Virus record (IMG/VR): IMGVR_UViG_3300030333_004348
Location: 4,137-68,136 of that record
DNA from: a virus
Strand: one strand, 5' to 3'
Length of the DNA stretch: 64,000 bases
Notes under the pieces: model-generated
The model's input: the letters and a program-made list of their open reading frames with translations, nothing else
The model's database searches: none
What the model was told of the DNA's origin: nothing
Shown here: in pieces, positions 46,401-57,600 of the stretch
Layout of the letters: each line of letters starts with the position of its first letter
Position numbering within the stretch: the stretch's first letter is position 1
Made by a program: the position numbers and the translations under genes

Positions 46401-49400
46401 TATCCTTGCTCAAGATACTGCTTTATGGGCTAATGAAAGCGCACATCAATTAGCTAGGCACTTTCCAAAAGGAGCAGAAGGAACTCATCCTGCTATTTAT
46501 AGTAAAAAAGCACAAGATATTTTTACAGCTATAAGTACTAGAGGAGCAGCTTCATTTTCTCAAGATCGTAGAACTAAAGCTAAAGCTTTCTTAAAAGATT
46601 TAGGAATAAATAAAAAAGAAACTATTACTGTCAGAGAATTTTTACATAAAGCTCACATGCCTGAAGAGATATTAAATATGGTTGATAATGAAACTATAAG
46701 TCTTGGACGCGGCAAATCTAGGATTAAAATGGGTGATCAACTATTAAAAGATGTTATCCAAATGGATGGAGATAACATGATCATGCAGCTTAGATTTCAA
46801 AACTCTTATAAAGATAGAGTAAATACTTTAATGGGTAAAAATAAAATTAATGTTCTTGAAGCAGGAAGTCCTTTATTGCTAGAAAATGAATTTAACGTTG
46901 ATGGACCAAATAAAAAGTCTAGGTATGATATTAACAATCCTTTAAAATACGCAGCTATTCTTGATCAAATAACTTTTGATTATGATAAAGGAACTTTTAT
47001 CTACGATATTACTCCGTTTGAAACTCCAGGTTTTGCGAAGATAGTTGATAGTGGAAAAATATTTAAAGGAAATATACATGGTATAGGTAATAATCTTAGT
47101 TTTGGTCAAGGCATTGGTTTAGTATTAGCTGCCAAAAAACCTAATATGGCAAATATGATAGATATTCATATGCGTAGATCTTTACTTAAAATACACCAGC
47201 AAGATCTGAGTGTTTTTGAGCAAAAAAGACAGATTAAGAATATGTTAAAAGAAGCTTTTAATGTAACTGATGAAGAGTTTCAAGCTGTATTTAATCTTAC
47301 AGAAGGGAAACCTGCAGCGGGTCAAAGATTTAAAAATCCTATTGTAATGGTTGAGCTTGTAGATAATTATAAACTAGGTTTAGGAAGTAAAGATATAATG
47401 AATAAAGTTTATAAGATGCTATCAAGTGCTGGAATAACTCATGCTGAACTTAGAAAAAACTTTATTAAACAAAATCAAGATATTCTAAAAAAATATGGAA
47501 TAGACAAAGATATAAGAAGTGAACTAGGGAGAGTGTATGATAAGGCTAGAGCTAACCAAGAAAAGGTTATATTATCTATGGCCACCAACTTTGATGCTTC
47601 TACATCAGAAGCTAATGTTATTAATGAAATGCAGAGAATAGTTAGAAAAACAGATGTAGCATTATTTGATCCTGTTATAGGGGTAGTTGGAGATGAAATA
47701 GATGTGAATAAATTACAAACTGGAAAGCTTTATGATGCAGAAGGAAGACTAGCTGCTGGAATTAAAGTAGAAGCATTTGCTACAATTATGCAGGGAGAGT
47801 TTTCAGTAGCTGAAGACTTTATGGACATTAGAGATCCTTTAAAAAGAAGTGTTGATGCTCATGGTATTCCGCTAAACAAAACATTTAGTATTTGGCAGCA
47901 AATGATTATATATAATAATTCTAGAAATAATGAAGTATTTAGAGATGCATTTATGAGACACGCCATGTCAACTTCTGGTAGATATGATAAAAATGTAAAG
48001 AAAGCTTTACAAGTTCATCTAGAAGCAGCAGCTGCACTACAAGATGGATATAATTTTGATAAAATAAAATATAAAACTTTATCCTATGAAGAAATGAAAA
48101 AAGATATAAGACATTTATCAAAACTTGATTTAAGTAAATTAAATGCTGATAAGTTTACAGCTAAAAATATAGAGCAAATCTTACTAGCTAGAGGAGCTTC
48201 AGAAGCTGATGCTTCTTCTTTAGCAGCTGAATTAACAGATGATATATCTTTAAAATTATCTCAAAGCGGAGTAGTAGGAGGATTACTAACGGCAGAATCT
48301 TTCGAAAATATGAATGTATTTAGAGGATCAAGTAAATTTGATTTTGTTAAAATGGAATTGTTATCTAAAGAAAATAAAGCAATGCTACAGAATGCTCTAG
48401 ATGCATTAGGTGATTCTAGATTAGACTTAAAAAACACAATAGATGACATAAATCTAAAAGGAAGAACTAAACTAGGTGCAGAGATTAGAAATGTATTAAG
48501 AGACTTAGCAAAAAGAAATCCAGGCGAACTGAAAATGCTTGAAACAATGTTTAAACAGTTACCTGGCTCATTTATCGATCCTTTAGATGGTATATTAATG
48601 CCTCATATACCAACAAGTAATCCTATATATTTAGCAGAAGAACAAAAATATTTATTAGCAGGAACCTCAGCTAATAAAGTTGAAATGGAAAAAATTATTA
48701 CAGATTTTAATGATGAGCTTAAAAAAGTAGTAGATCCTAGAAGAGGAGGAATAACAGAAAAAGATGTAGTAAAATTAAAAGGAATGTATGATAATCTATT
48801 TGCTGATATAGCTCCAGAAGTTGTTAAAGGTGTATACGGCGGAATAAGTAGTGGAGTATGGAAAGCTAATCAGTTATATGGAAGAGGGCAGCAGTATGCT
48901 AAAGCAGTAGATTCTGTATTATTAGCTAAGCAATCAGTTGGCGCTATGATTGCTAAATATAAAACTGGAGATGATAGCTTTGTTAGAAGCAAGGGTTTTA
49001 AGTCTTGGCAAACGTTTTTAGATTCTCATATATCTAATTATGGATCAGGAAAATCAGATCCAATAGTAGAAGCTCTTACTAAATTAAAAGATAAAGTAGG
49101 TATGAATCAGCTAGATGATGCTATTTCAGAAAATGCTAAAAAACTTAATTTAAGTAAAAGAGACTATCTTAAAACTGCAGAAGGTAAACATTATCTTGAT
49201 ATTAGAAAAAGGTTACGCAGTGCTCCTACTTTAATTGACAGCTTAATCGATGCAACTAAGTCAATTACGTATAGAGATGTGCTTTCTGGTATTACTACTG
49301 GAGGTAGTAGAATTGGAAATCTAGCAGAAGGAGGCTATTTAAGAGCAGCAGGGTTAGGTTTAGGTGAAAACTTTATTGCTTCATCTCAGCTTGCCTCTTC

Positions 49401-51351
49401 TATTGTAAATGGTGATCCATTTGAAATCATGATGGATTTAACTAAAGGAAATGATGCAGCAGATCATTGGAGAAAACTGTTAACAGGTAGAACACATTTA
49501 ATAGATACGTTAGCTCGTAATCCAATGTTTGAAAATAAATTAGGTTATATGTTCGCCAACACATACGTTTATCATGATAAGTTATTTTCAGATATGGGAG
49601 TTAAACCCGCAGAGTTAACAAAGATAGTAGCAATAAATGGATTAGAACTAATGATGATGCGTGGTGACTATGATGGTGACCTTGTTATGAGAATGATGCA
49701 AACTATTAGGCCTACTTCTAGTAATAATGATGATTTTAGCAAAGCTATATTTAAAGAAAGAATGAGAATTATAGAAAGTATGAGAATGAGAGGAATGGAA
49801 ATGGGAGGAGGTGCCCTGGAATTTAGAGGACTCGATTATAAAAATATTGCAGACTTAAATGCAGGAGCTATGGGATGGAATTACGATAGACATCTAATTG
49901 GGGAACTAGGCAATGATGATGTTGAAAAAGTACTAGCAAGACAATTAAATGAAATAGTAACAGGTATAGCTACAAATCATGCAGACGAGACTTTAAAAAA
50001 CAGAGGTTTAACTTACATGGTACAGCAGTTGCTAACGGGTCCTATAGGTGAGCAACAAAAACAGTGGGATTTGATGTACAATGGAAATACTTCATCCCTT
50101 AAAACTGATGTTGTTGACTTTTTAAAATTAAAACTTACAGATCCTACAATGGATGAAGATAGTGTGAGAGGTCTTTTGATTGATTTAGGATATAATGAAG
50201 CTTCTATGGATGGCGCAGACTTAAAAAGAATTGGAGATAGGGCTGTAAGGCAAGCTGATGATGCTTGGAAAATATTAAATTTACAAGCTGACTTTAAAAC
50301 TTTTAATCCAATTACAAAAGAATTTACACCAACTCAAGCATATAGAAATGTAGATTTACTAACAGATTGGATAAGGTTATTTACTCATGAAGTTCCTATT
50401 GAGAAAGCTAAAGGTGCAGGCATGATTCCTGATATTATGGCTACTGTAGCAACTAAGATGCAGTTTCATGCGGGTAGTATTAGTGAAGATCAAAGTAGAC
50501 AAATAGCTTTAAACATTTATGATGGATTAGGTATTAGTGGAGCAAACTTTGCAAATCTTTATATCGATCCTAGCTCCGATATTTTTTCTGGCGGGTCTAT
50601 GCAAGAAGCTAAATTACAGGCATCTAGTATAAAAGAACAATTTGTAGCGAGTGTGCAAGCATCTATGCATTTAAATAAAGTGCATAATACATTAGTAGGA
50701 AGTGGTATGAAGGTAGGAAATATTAATGCTACACTAGCTAGTAGAAATCCTAGAGGAGCCATTTATGGAGCATTGCTTGGAACAATGGGTGAAGGAGCAG
50801 ATAGATGGATAGGGAATGAATTAAGTCAAATAATGTCCCAACAAGATCTTTCTATGATATCGACCGTAGATGACTTTGCCAGTATTGCGTCTCACGAAAT
50901 GGCTAGTCAATTACCAAAAATGGCTCAAAGGTCAGGATTAGAAACTTTATCAAAATTTGGAAAGGGAATGATAGAAGGTATATCACATTCTAAGTGGACA
51001 AAAAGAACTGCAGTAGGTTTATTAGCTTTTTCAATAATGGATCCCAATACAAATTCTTTACTGCTTCCAGATCAGAGAGGGCAAGGAGAAGAAAATGACA
51101 TACCTTCATTAGCAGAAATTAGTAGAGGGTATCGAAGTCGAGAGGTTTCTATGAAAACAACCTCCCCTGTTTTAATAGACAGGCTTCGCCAAGCAGCTGG
51201 ATTACCTACATATATGGGATCCACAGGAGTGAGGAGTGGTTATGTTCCGCCTCCGCCCTCAAATACTATTAGACATAATAGACAGCTTAGAAGAAATAAT
51301 CCTGCTAATCTTCATGAGTTTTCTAGACAAATTGGAGGTGTAATGAAATAG
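43426..51351 (+). CDS. putative single-chain two-barrel virion RNA polymerase fused to a DEDDh 3'-5' exonuclease
   Basis: IAFDMEF / GHNIANAD / MDTY / HSAPFD (DEDDh, ~44911-45810); AKIVDSGKIFKG (two-lysine barrel motif, ~47035-47070); LARNP..MRGDYDGD (49510-49680). Confidence 0.75.
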   Translation: MAEKSDKRIDEILDDATNDKSLERRGGSAIAALIALPSMLGIVSSQSQWIYNGGLQSFRETIARRLGDLFAAAEDNAIVNSMSGSKPIQVQVKNLKEELLNKARNSAGAETFKKASAIPNWAQSAEELARDREAAFPSRNMVNEVSAPAEFPSVKQQLDLPVNNAQRAYNIMTNNIVGAGSGVAENVFRVSGEMTSDDIFKNINAMLGDYTTGLTPSELANGGSSASVINERMASLEQKHLAILRAAGHPELYDSTFSHTAYAKQLSNGLSTYQNQIADLKQQVNRLNELATTASNQKQRRAAKAQLNLLAKNAGLSPTQYIQTINSMSVRVELTSILRGDIPFPKATVVIDMGKHKSSIKQSFNIERFGMFLPHRGAQVHNTALLVQGTTNAVTATLAEMQDAFSNVTKQINDLLDAGLEGYQIDQMSAHTRTVYRELVGPQTAHLQDVMRGFKVISDDFRNLAGERPDFFYKMHALAKQSFFTDSMTYNTETPIIAFDMEFNSPTSSTKGSQLQTRDARTRVFWMNYIVKKGGSDEKIYNHFILPENWEDVRQSARLFTARHQDPSGFQLFEDLVKTFKEAQTDIDSGARFVDVKTHGLTRAKERIWSEWGSMVEIARNAYKSPDGTIAWLGHNIANADLPILNKTVSRVLENNKDLLSADEIRLLERLKLDTSSQSLASKGLVMDTYAMARAAFLDVERVQSASLENSFEVIMNQSVAEINPEKDYIKGDTWTRGLSDAVKRSKGRINNEVNKYINELPKNVRLGIKNWILQNPEDVINTFGQQGHHSAPFDTRKSLILKDLLKWKIDKIKSSNPELYKSITQLGNTAQQIVEGKRFAWYRNIDLADASSLYDVPERPQGPEEFGKRIFSHLFAFTPAGAAAGRGGLFGPENYLPFGQYTNLQKQMYQTASSKTLLPGLESAEIAASGGQMPVVQKSIDATSGDSLFTTSLQATISRKFNEYQQRLGSLNAPVANRFNVMTAYLPDHNSILAQDTALWANESAHQLARHFPKGAEGTHPAIYSKKAQDIFTAISTRGAASFSQDRRTKAKAFLKDLGINKKETITVREFLHKAHMPEEILNMVDNETISLGRGKSRIKMGDQLLKDVIQMDGDNMIMQLRFQNSYKDRVNTLMGKNKINVLEAGSPLLLENEFNVDGPNKKSRYDINNPLKYAAILDQITFDYDKGTFIYDITPFETPGFAKIVDSGKIFKGNIHGIGNNLSFGQGIGLVLAAKKPNMANMIDIHMRRSLLKIHQQDLSVFEQKRQIKNMLKEAFNVTDEEFQAVFNLTEGKPAAGQRFKNPIVMVELVDNYKLGLGSKDIMNKVYKMLSSAGITHAELRKNFIKQNQDILKKYGIDKDIRSELGRVYDKARANQEKVILSMATNFDASTSEANVINEMQRIVRKTDVALFDPVIGVVGDEIDVNKLQTGKLYDAEGRLAAGIKVEAFATIMQGEFSVAEDFMDIRDPLKRSVDAHGIPLNKTFSIWQQMIIYNNSRNNEVFRDAFMRHAMSTSGRYDKNVKKALQVHLEAAAALQDGYNFDKIKYKTLSYEEMKKDIRHLSKLDLSKLNADKFTAKNIEQILLARGASEADASSLAAELTDDISLKLSQSGVVGGLLTAESFENMNVFRGSSKFDFVKMELLSKENKAMLQNALDALGDSRLDLKNTIDDINLKGRTKLGAEIRNVLRDLAKRNPGELKMLETMFKQLPGSFIDPLDGILMPHIPTSNPIYLAEEQKYLLAGTSANKVEMEKIITDFNDELKKVVDPRRGGITEKDVVKLKGMYDNLFADIAPEVVKGVYGGISSGVWKANQLYGRGQQYAKAVDSVLLAKQSVGAMIAKYKTGDDSFVRSKGFKSWQTFLDSHISNYGSGKSDPIVEALTKLKDKVGMNQLDDAISENAKKLNLSKRDYLKTAEGKHYLDIRKRLRSAPTLIDSLIDATKSITYRDVLSGITTGGSRIGNLAEGGYLRAAGLGLGENFIASSQLASSIVNGDPFEIMMDLTKGNDAADHWRKLLTGRTHLIDTLARNPMFENKLGYMFANTYVYHDKLFSDMGVKPAELTKIVAINGLELMMMRGDYDGDLVMRMMQTIRPTSSNNDDFSKAIFKERMRIIESMRMRGMEMGGGALEFRGLDYKNIADLNAGAMGWNYDRHLIGELGNDDVEKVLARQLNEIVTGIATNHADETLKNRGLTYMVQQLLTGPIGEQQKQWDLMYNGNTSSLKTDVVDFLKLKLTDPTMDEDSVRGLLIDLGYNEASMDGADLKRIGDRAVRQADDAWKILNLQADFKTFNPITKEFTPTQAYRNVDLLTDWIRLFTHEVPIEKAKGAGMIPDIMATVATKMQFHAGSISEDQSRQIALNIYDGLGISGANFANLYIDPSSDIFSGGSMQEAKLQASSIKEQFVASVQASMHLNKVHNTLVGSGMKVGNINATLASRNPRGAIYGALLGTMGEGADRWIGNELSQIMSQQDLSMISTVDDFASIASHEMASQLPKMAQRSGLETLSKFGKGMIEGISHSKWTKRTAVGLLAFSIMDPNTNSLLLPDQRGQGEENDIPSLAEISRGYRSREVSMKTTSPVLIDRLRQAAGLPTYMGSTGVRSGYVPPPPSNTIRHNRQLRRNNPANLHEFSRQIGGVMK

Positions 51352-51695
51352 TGAAGACTATTATTGAAATTACTCTACAACCCTTGCCATATGAACACAA
51401 TGTTGTTAATCTAGCTGGCTACCTACAGGCTGTTATTTCAGAAATAACAAATTCTGCAACAATAGTCGATATAAATGACTTTGATTTTACAGATAAAATG
51501 TCTATATTTAGGTCTATGCGTCAAGCATCTCCTACACATCAGAACTCAAGTTTGTCTAGATCTGGAATCACTATAGGTGGATCAAATTCTATGTCTCCTC
51601 ACTATCAAGCTTCTAGCTTGGTAAACACAGCCGCTGCACACAGAGGACATGGTTTTCCAATGAATACAAACAATAATCAAGGAAATAGAAATTAA
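51351..51695 (+). CDS. hypothetical protein
   Basis: 114 aa; coupled at both ends (TAGTG, TAATG). Confidence 0.55.
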   Translation: MKTIIEITLQPLPYEHNVVNLAGYLQAVISEITNSATIVDINDFDFTDKMSIFRSMRQASPTHQNSSLSRSGITIGGSNSMSPHYQASSLVNTAAAHRGHGFPMNTNNNQGNRN

Positions 51696-54600
51696 TGGCT
51701 GTTAATTTAAATACAAATTCTTTACTTGATTATTTAAAATCTATACCTGGGTTTAAAGATGCATGTTCTACCGCTACCTGTTTTGAAGAAAGAAAAGAAC
51801 TCTATGAACAATATTGTGATGACCTAGGATATCATAGTTGTGCAGATCCTAATGGGCAATACTACTACACAGGCCTAGCTTGGCAGAATACAAAACTTTT
51901 AGATTTATTAAAAACTCAAAGTCCTCCTTTTCATGAGACGTTTAAGTCTACTTCTAATTCGTCTAGTGCACAAGGAAATACTAGACATAAAAATGTATCC
52001 CCTTCTCAATTTACTAAAGAAGATTTATTTATTACATTGAGAAATTATATTGCAAATTCAGAAGGAGGTCCGGGAAGGTACGGAGGAGTAGATCAAACTT
52101 ATAACGATGGTAATATTATAGATGATTATCACTTAGGATATTTTCAAATATCTGGCAAAAATATAAATACTTATTTGAGATATTTGCAAAAATATATTGT
52201 CCAACCTGGAGCTACGCCTTCTCCTCAAGATATAAAATATCAAGAAGCTATTGATGAATGGCATAGTTTAATTTTTGAAAATGCATATGAAGAGCTTAAA
52301 TTTTCTATGGATGGAAATAAGGAGTGTTCTTTATTTCCAACAGTACTAAATGTACCTGAACAAACTTTTTTACACTGCCTACATATAGCAGATGCTGTAC
52401 ATGGTAAACCTTCTCACACTTTTGAAAATTTAGTTTTACAAAATATAACTGGAAAACATGGCTATTTGGGATCGAAAGGATCAGTACAACCCTGGTCTTT
52501 ATCAAATATTCATACTAATATATATGTAAATAATCCAAATTTAAAAGCAGTAACTGCTTTCGATTATTTACAATGGTCAGGAATAGATACTATTCCTAAA
52601 AAATGCACTACTCAAGAAGAATTTGATAAGATTTTTACTACAGGAGTAACTAGGAAAGCAGTATATGAAAGTGTAATATACCATGCCAAAAAAGCGTATA
52701 ACGACACACAAAGCAGATTACATAAGTACTTTCCTGAATCTGCTATTGATAATTATTTTTCACAAAAAAATCTAAATGATTTATATTTATGTTCTGAAAA
52801 ATATCAAATATATGGAATAGATACTTTATTTTCTAACATTAATCAAAATAATACAACATTAGCTACAGTAAATAATGTTGTTCCTTCTGCGAGCACAAGT
52901 TCATACAGCTCTCCGAATAAAGTAACCGCTGCAGCTCTAAGCACTGTTGTTAATGCAGATGTACAAAAAAGATATAGCGAAGTATCAGTAGATCCATTAT
53001 TATATAAATATGGAATAGGAGCGGAAGAAACCGGCTTAACTTATATCGGGGATATTCTAATGGCAGTACCTCCCGTATCTTTAAGATACTCAGAGCACAA
53101 CCAAAGTACAGCTATAGATACATTAAGAACGTCAGGTGATCCATTATTTACTTATAATAATACAATACCTAGAATTGATATGACATTAATGTTTAATGGA
53201 GCTAGGGCTATAAATGAACAACTGAGACCTTTAGTTGCTATGTTTCATCGCATGCCTTTTTCTACTATACAAAATCATAGTGTGTGGGATATGTGGATTG
53301 GTAGAAGAGAATCCTTTAATACAGATTTAAAAACTAATCCTGCTGGAAGTTTATTAAATAGATTTGCTCCTATACCAGTATATCTAGAAAGTATAAATGT
53401 ATCTACTATTCCAGGATTTCCGAATAGTGTTCAAGCACATATTTCGGTGGTAAGAATGAATAGATCGCCATATGGTGTTTCTGCTAGAATGTGGAAGTAT
53501 TGGGAAGACGCTATGGCAGAGACTAAACTAAAAACGGTAAGAACTGCTAGAGATTCTACTATTTGGAGTACAGATAGAGATGAAAAAAACGAAGTAGATA
53601 AAATTTATATTGTAGATTCGGCTATGAAAAACCATATAATTGAGCTAGAAGATGGAGCTAGCACAGGAAATAAAAATATGGATGAAACATTAACTACAAA
53701 ATATCCGCAAGAATCTGTTCCTTACAAATATCAATATAGAAACTTACTATGGGATGATGGATATCCTAATAATCTAGTTCTTTCAGGAAGTAATACTTTA
53801 GGTAAAAATATATATGGAAATAATAAAGACCCATTAATACATTGGCCTGTGTATAGAGAAGAGCATAATAGAGATTTATTTTTAACGTATAAAAGTGCTA
53901 GAAAATTTTCAGATAAACTTAGTATATTCAAACAAAGACTAAAGGAGTTAACTGAAAACTATAGAAAAATACAAACTCTAAGTGCTCAAATTAGCACTAT
54001 GAGTCTAACTGATCTTTTAGATGTGTATAAACCTATAACAGAAATGACTTTAAAGGATACTTCTCAACTATTAATTGATAGTATGTCCGCAGTTAAAGTT
54101 GGAAAAGACTTTTCAGATAATATAAATGCTGCATTTAAGAATATAGCTTTAGAATTAACTCAGGATAGTGCAGGAAATCAACTTCCTATATTTACAGATA
54201 TTGTTAATTATTGTGATAAATATCTAGACAGCAATGGTAATGTTATTAAAGATGAACAAACTTGTGCTGCTGAAGGTGGAACTTGGCAAACAAGCGGTAC
54301 GCCTGGTTTTAGAAGTCCGGTTCCTCCCTATGATTTTATTCCAGTACCCTTAGCCTCAACAGATGAAAATGATTTTATTTATGTGGATGCTAACGGAGAA
54401 ATAACAAATTCTTTTGAAGTATTTTTAGACTGGTTAAACGATGCTAATAGAGCAGTTGGTATCTGTGAAGAAGATCCTACCTATGTTACTAAAAAATCAT
54501 GTAAAGATGCAAAGTATACTTGGAATGCTCAACCAAATAGTGACGAAAAACGAATAGCTTTATGGGAAAAAAATAATGCTATATACAGCGCATTTTATGA

Positions 54601-57600
54601 TAATATGGTAAATGATCCTCTAGGTTTGTTAGGCTTAGAAGATATAGGATCTAAATGGAACTATGATACCGCAGGAATACAGTTATCTTGGATAACAGAT
54701 ACAGATGACTTACTTAGTTATAAAGAAGACATAGATTCTTTAGTAAAAGATGATCAGCATAAACCTACTAAAAACAATAGGGCATCGTTTCCGTATTTTT
54801 ATCATTTTCAATCCGTAGTACAATCAGTAAATTATAGTTTTACAAATCAAGTTGTTCCTTTATTTACTGCCTCTTCAAATCTGCCAAGTTATCAACATAT
54901 GGGTATTTCAAATCCTACTGTAAGTATTGTTTTAAGGACTAGGGATGAAAGAATACACAAAGCTTTAACAGATATGAGAGAAACCGTACAAGAAATAGGA
55001 AATCAAACATTAGCAGGAAATACAAAACTAGTTGGGTTGGGAACTGTAGATGTTAGCGGAAATATATTAGGACATTCTTCAGATAGAAAAGATAAACGAA
55101 ATCAAGCTTTAAATTTACCAGGAAGTTCCGGGTCTCTTTCTGGAAATTTATTAAATTCTTTAGGATTTAGCCAAAGTAGTGTCCAGAACTTAACCTCAAG
55201 AACTTTAGAAGGTTTTCCCGGTTGGTGGGAAATAAGTTTAGATTTAATAGCTGACACTCAAAATATTAGAATTATAGAAAATTTAAGTGCTGTTACTGTA
55301 GAAAAAATACCAGATGGAATAAACAGTTTAATGGACTCTGTATTTCCAGCTTATAAAGCAAATTGGGGATTACTTACACTGTATCAAAATGCTGCAAATA
55401 AAGAAGAATTTTTAAAAGATAAGCTAAAGAGACTAGATGAAATAAAAGCAGAACGTGAAGCTGTTGAAAAACGAGTAGAGGACCTTCCTAACACTATTTG
55501 GTATAAGTACACAGATTTAGGAATCTGTCAAGATTGGGGCAGAGCAGCTAGGGGATGGAATTACGACTCAGACTTTGATGAGCAACCAGTTAGAGATGAC
55601 TACTACAATGGCTCAAGAATAATAGATAAAATAACTAAAGAAGAATACAATGCATGTGCTAAAGAAGGAATTAATTGTGAAGGATTAAACCTAGGTCAAT
55701 CTTGTGATGCAATGGATTATAACTGCCAGAGAACAATGCATGAAGCATTGGAAATGCCTGGATTAACTATAGACTGGGATGCATATGATAGAGCAATTGA
55801 AAATAGGGAAGATCCTAATCAACCATACGCTCCAAGCCCTTGGTTAGTGGCAGCAAAGTTTGATGACTCACCTGAAGATGCAGGAGGTGAACCTAGTTAC
55901 TGTGCTGCAACAGACGAATATGGTGTTGGTTTTTTTGAATGTTCGATGGCAGGTAGAATACATCATCCAGAAGGAGATAATGATACTGATGCATGTCACG
56001 CTATAAAAGATCAATATATGCAAATAGATGCGACAACAGATCCTATTCGTAATAAAGATACTTTTGATTTTATGGAAGTAGACCTGTGGGATGTATGTAA
56101 AGATAAAAGCGGAAACGAAGTTACAGATGGATTTCGGTGGTTACATAATGGATCTAAACTAGGTAATTACTATCCAAACGGTATATGTTGGGGAGGAGAT
56201 GTAAATGGTTGGGCTGGAGATACACCAACAGAATGCGAAAGCGGCGATGGAAGTAAGTACTGGGTAGGAACGAGTACTTTAGTGCATGATCCTAATGAGC
56301 CAGATAAAGGCTCATCTGGAGGGTATAAACTTGTTTGCCCTAATGGAGATAAAATAAGTACTTTTTTTGAGCCTCAGCTCATACGTCAGATTGATATAAC
56401 AGGATTTCCAATAATACAAAGTCAAGCTATATGTGAAGATCCATGGCAAGATGGAAGTGGAAGAGACGCTGGTCTGTGGATTCCTGCTTCGACTCCTGGA
56501 ATATGTACTCTTGACAAGTTAGAAGATGTTGCAATTAAATATACTGAAGACGATAATAATTGGGGCAATTTCCAAGCGTATACCTATCATAACTTTAGTA
56601 GCTTGACTCCTTTAGTAGGAGTTAATAGTTTTACTGAATGCTGTCAAGCGAATAACAGTACTAATTCAGCCAAAGAAGCCGGAAAATGTTATGCTTACTT
56701 TAATACTTATACAGAACGAAAAGCACCAGAAACTATTTTTCCTATGACCCAGACTAAAATTACTGATGAGATGGCAGAAAAGCAAAGAAAAACCTGCCTA
56801 GAATGGATAGGATTAGGAGTTGATGCTAAGGTTGGAACAGGGCCTAAACCTAATAGAAAATTAATTAATAATGAATGGACACAAGAGTGGTTCGAATGGG
56901 GAACTTCTCACAACGATTCTCTATTCTACAGTAAACCGGATTATATAACTGTTGATAGAGGGGATGTTGCCTTAAAACAAGAACTAGAAAACAGTTTAAG
57001 AGATTTAACTGAAGAAGAAGTAGCAGTTAATGCAGATATAAATGCTATAAACCAACAAGTATCAAGTATAGTTGATCATTTAATTCTAGGAGAAGGGGAA
57101 GCATTAGTTATTTATATAAATCCAGAATTAGATGATATATTAATACAAATAACTGGTAATAAGTTAACTTCTGCTCAGCTTTACGGTATAGCAGAAGATA
57201 GAGGAGATTTATATCAAAAATTATTCCAACCTGTATTAGATGAAATGGTTCTTTGGCTACAAAGATTAAAGGGTTGGGAACTCGATAAAATGAAAAATTA
57301 TCCTAACTGGACAGATGAACATCCTAGAGAGTTTCAATTAACAGCTACTTTAGCTACGTATTATATAGACTTTTTAAAAAATTGTATCTATACTATTTCG
57401 GGAATAGCTAACAGTGACTATGGAAAAGATTTATTAACAACTCCAGGAAAAGCGGTTTCTTTATTTCCAGGTTACTCTAGAGCAGCTGTAGAAGCTCAAA
57501 AGCTTGCAGTAGATCAACCTAGTGTTATACTACAAAGTATAATTCTAGGCAGTCAGCTACGTGTAGTATTCTATAATCTATTAAGAAGATCCGATTTTAG

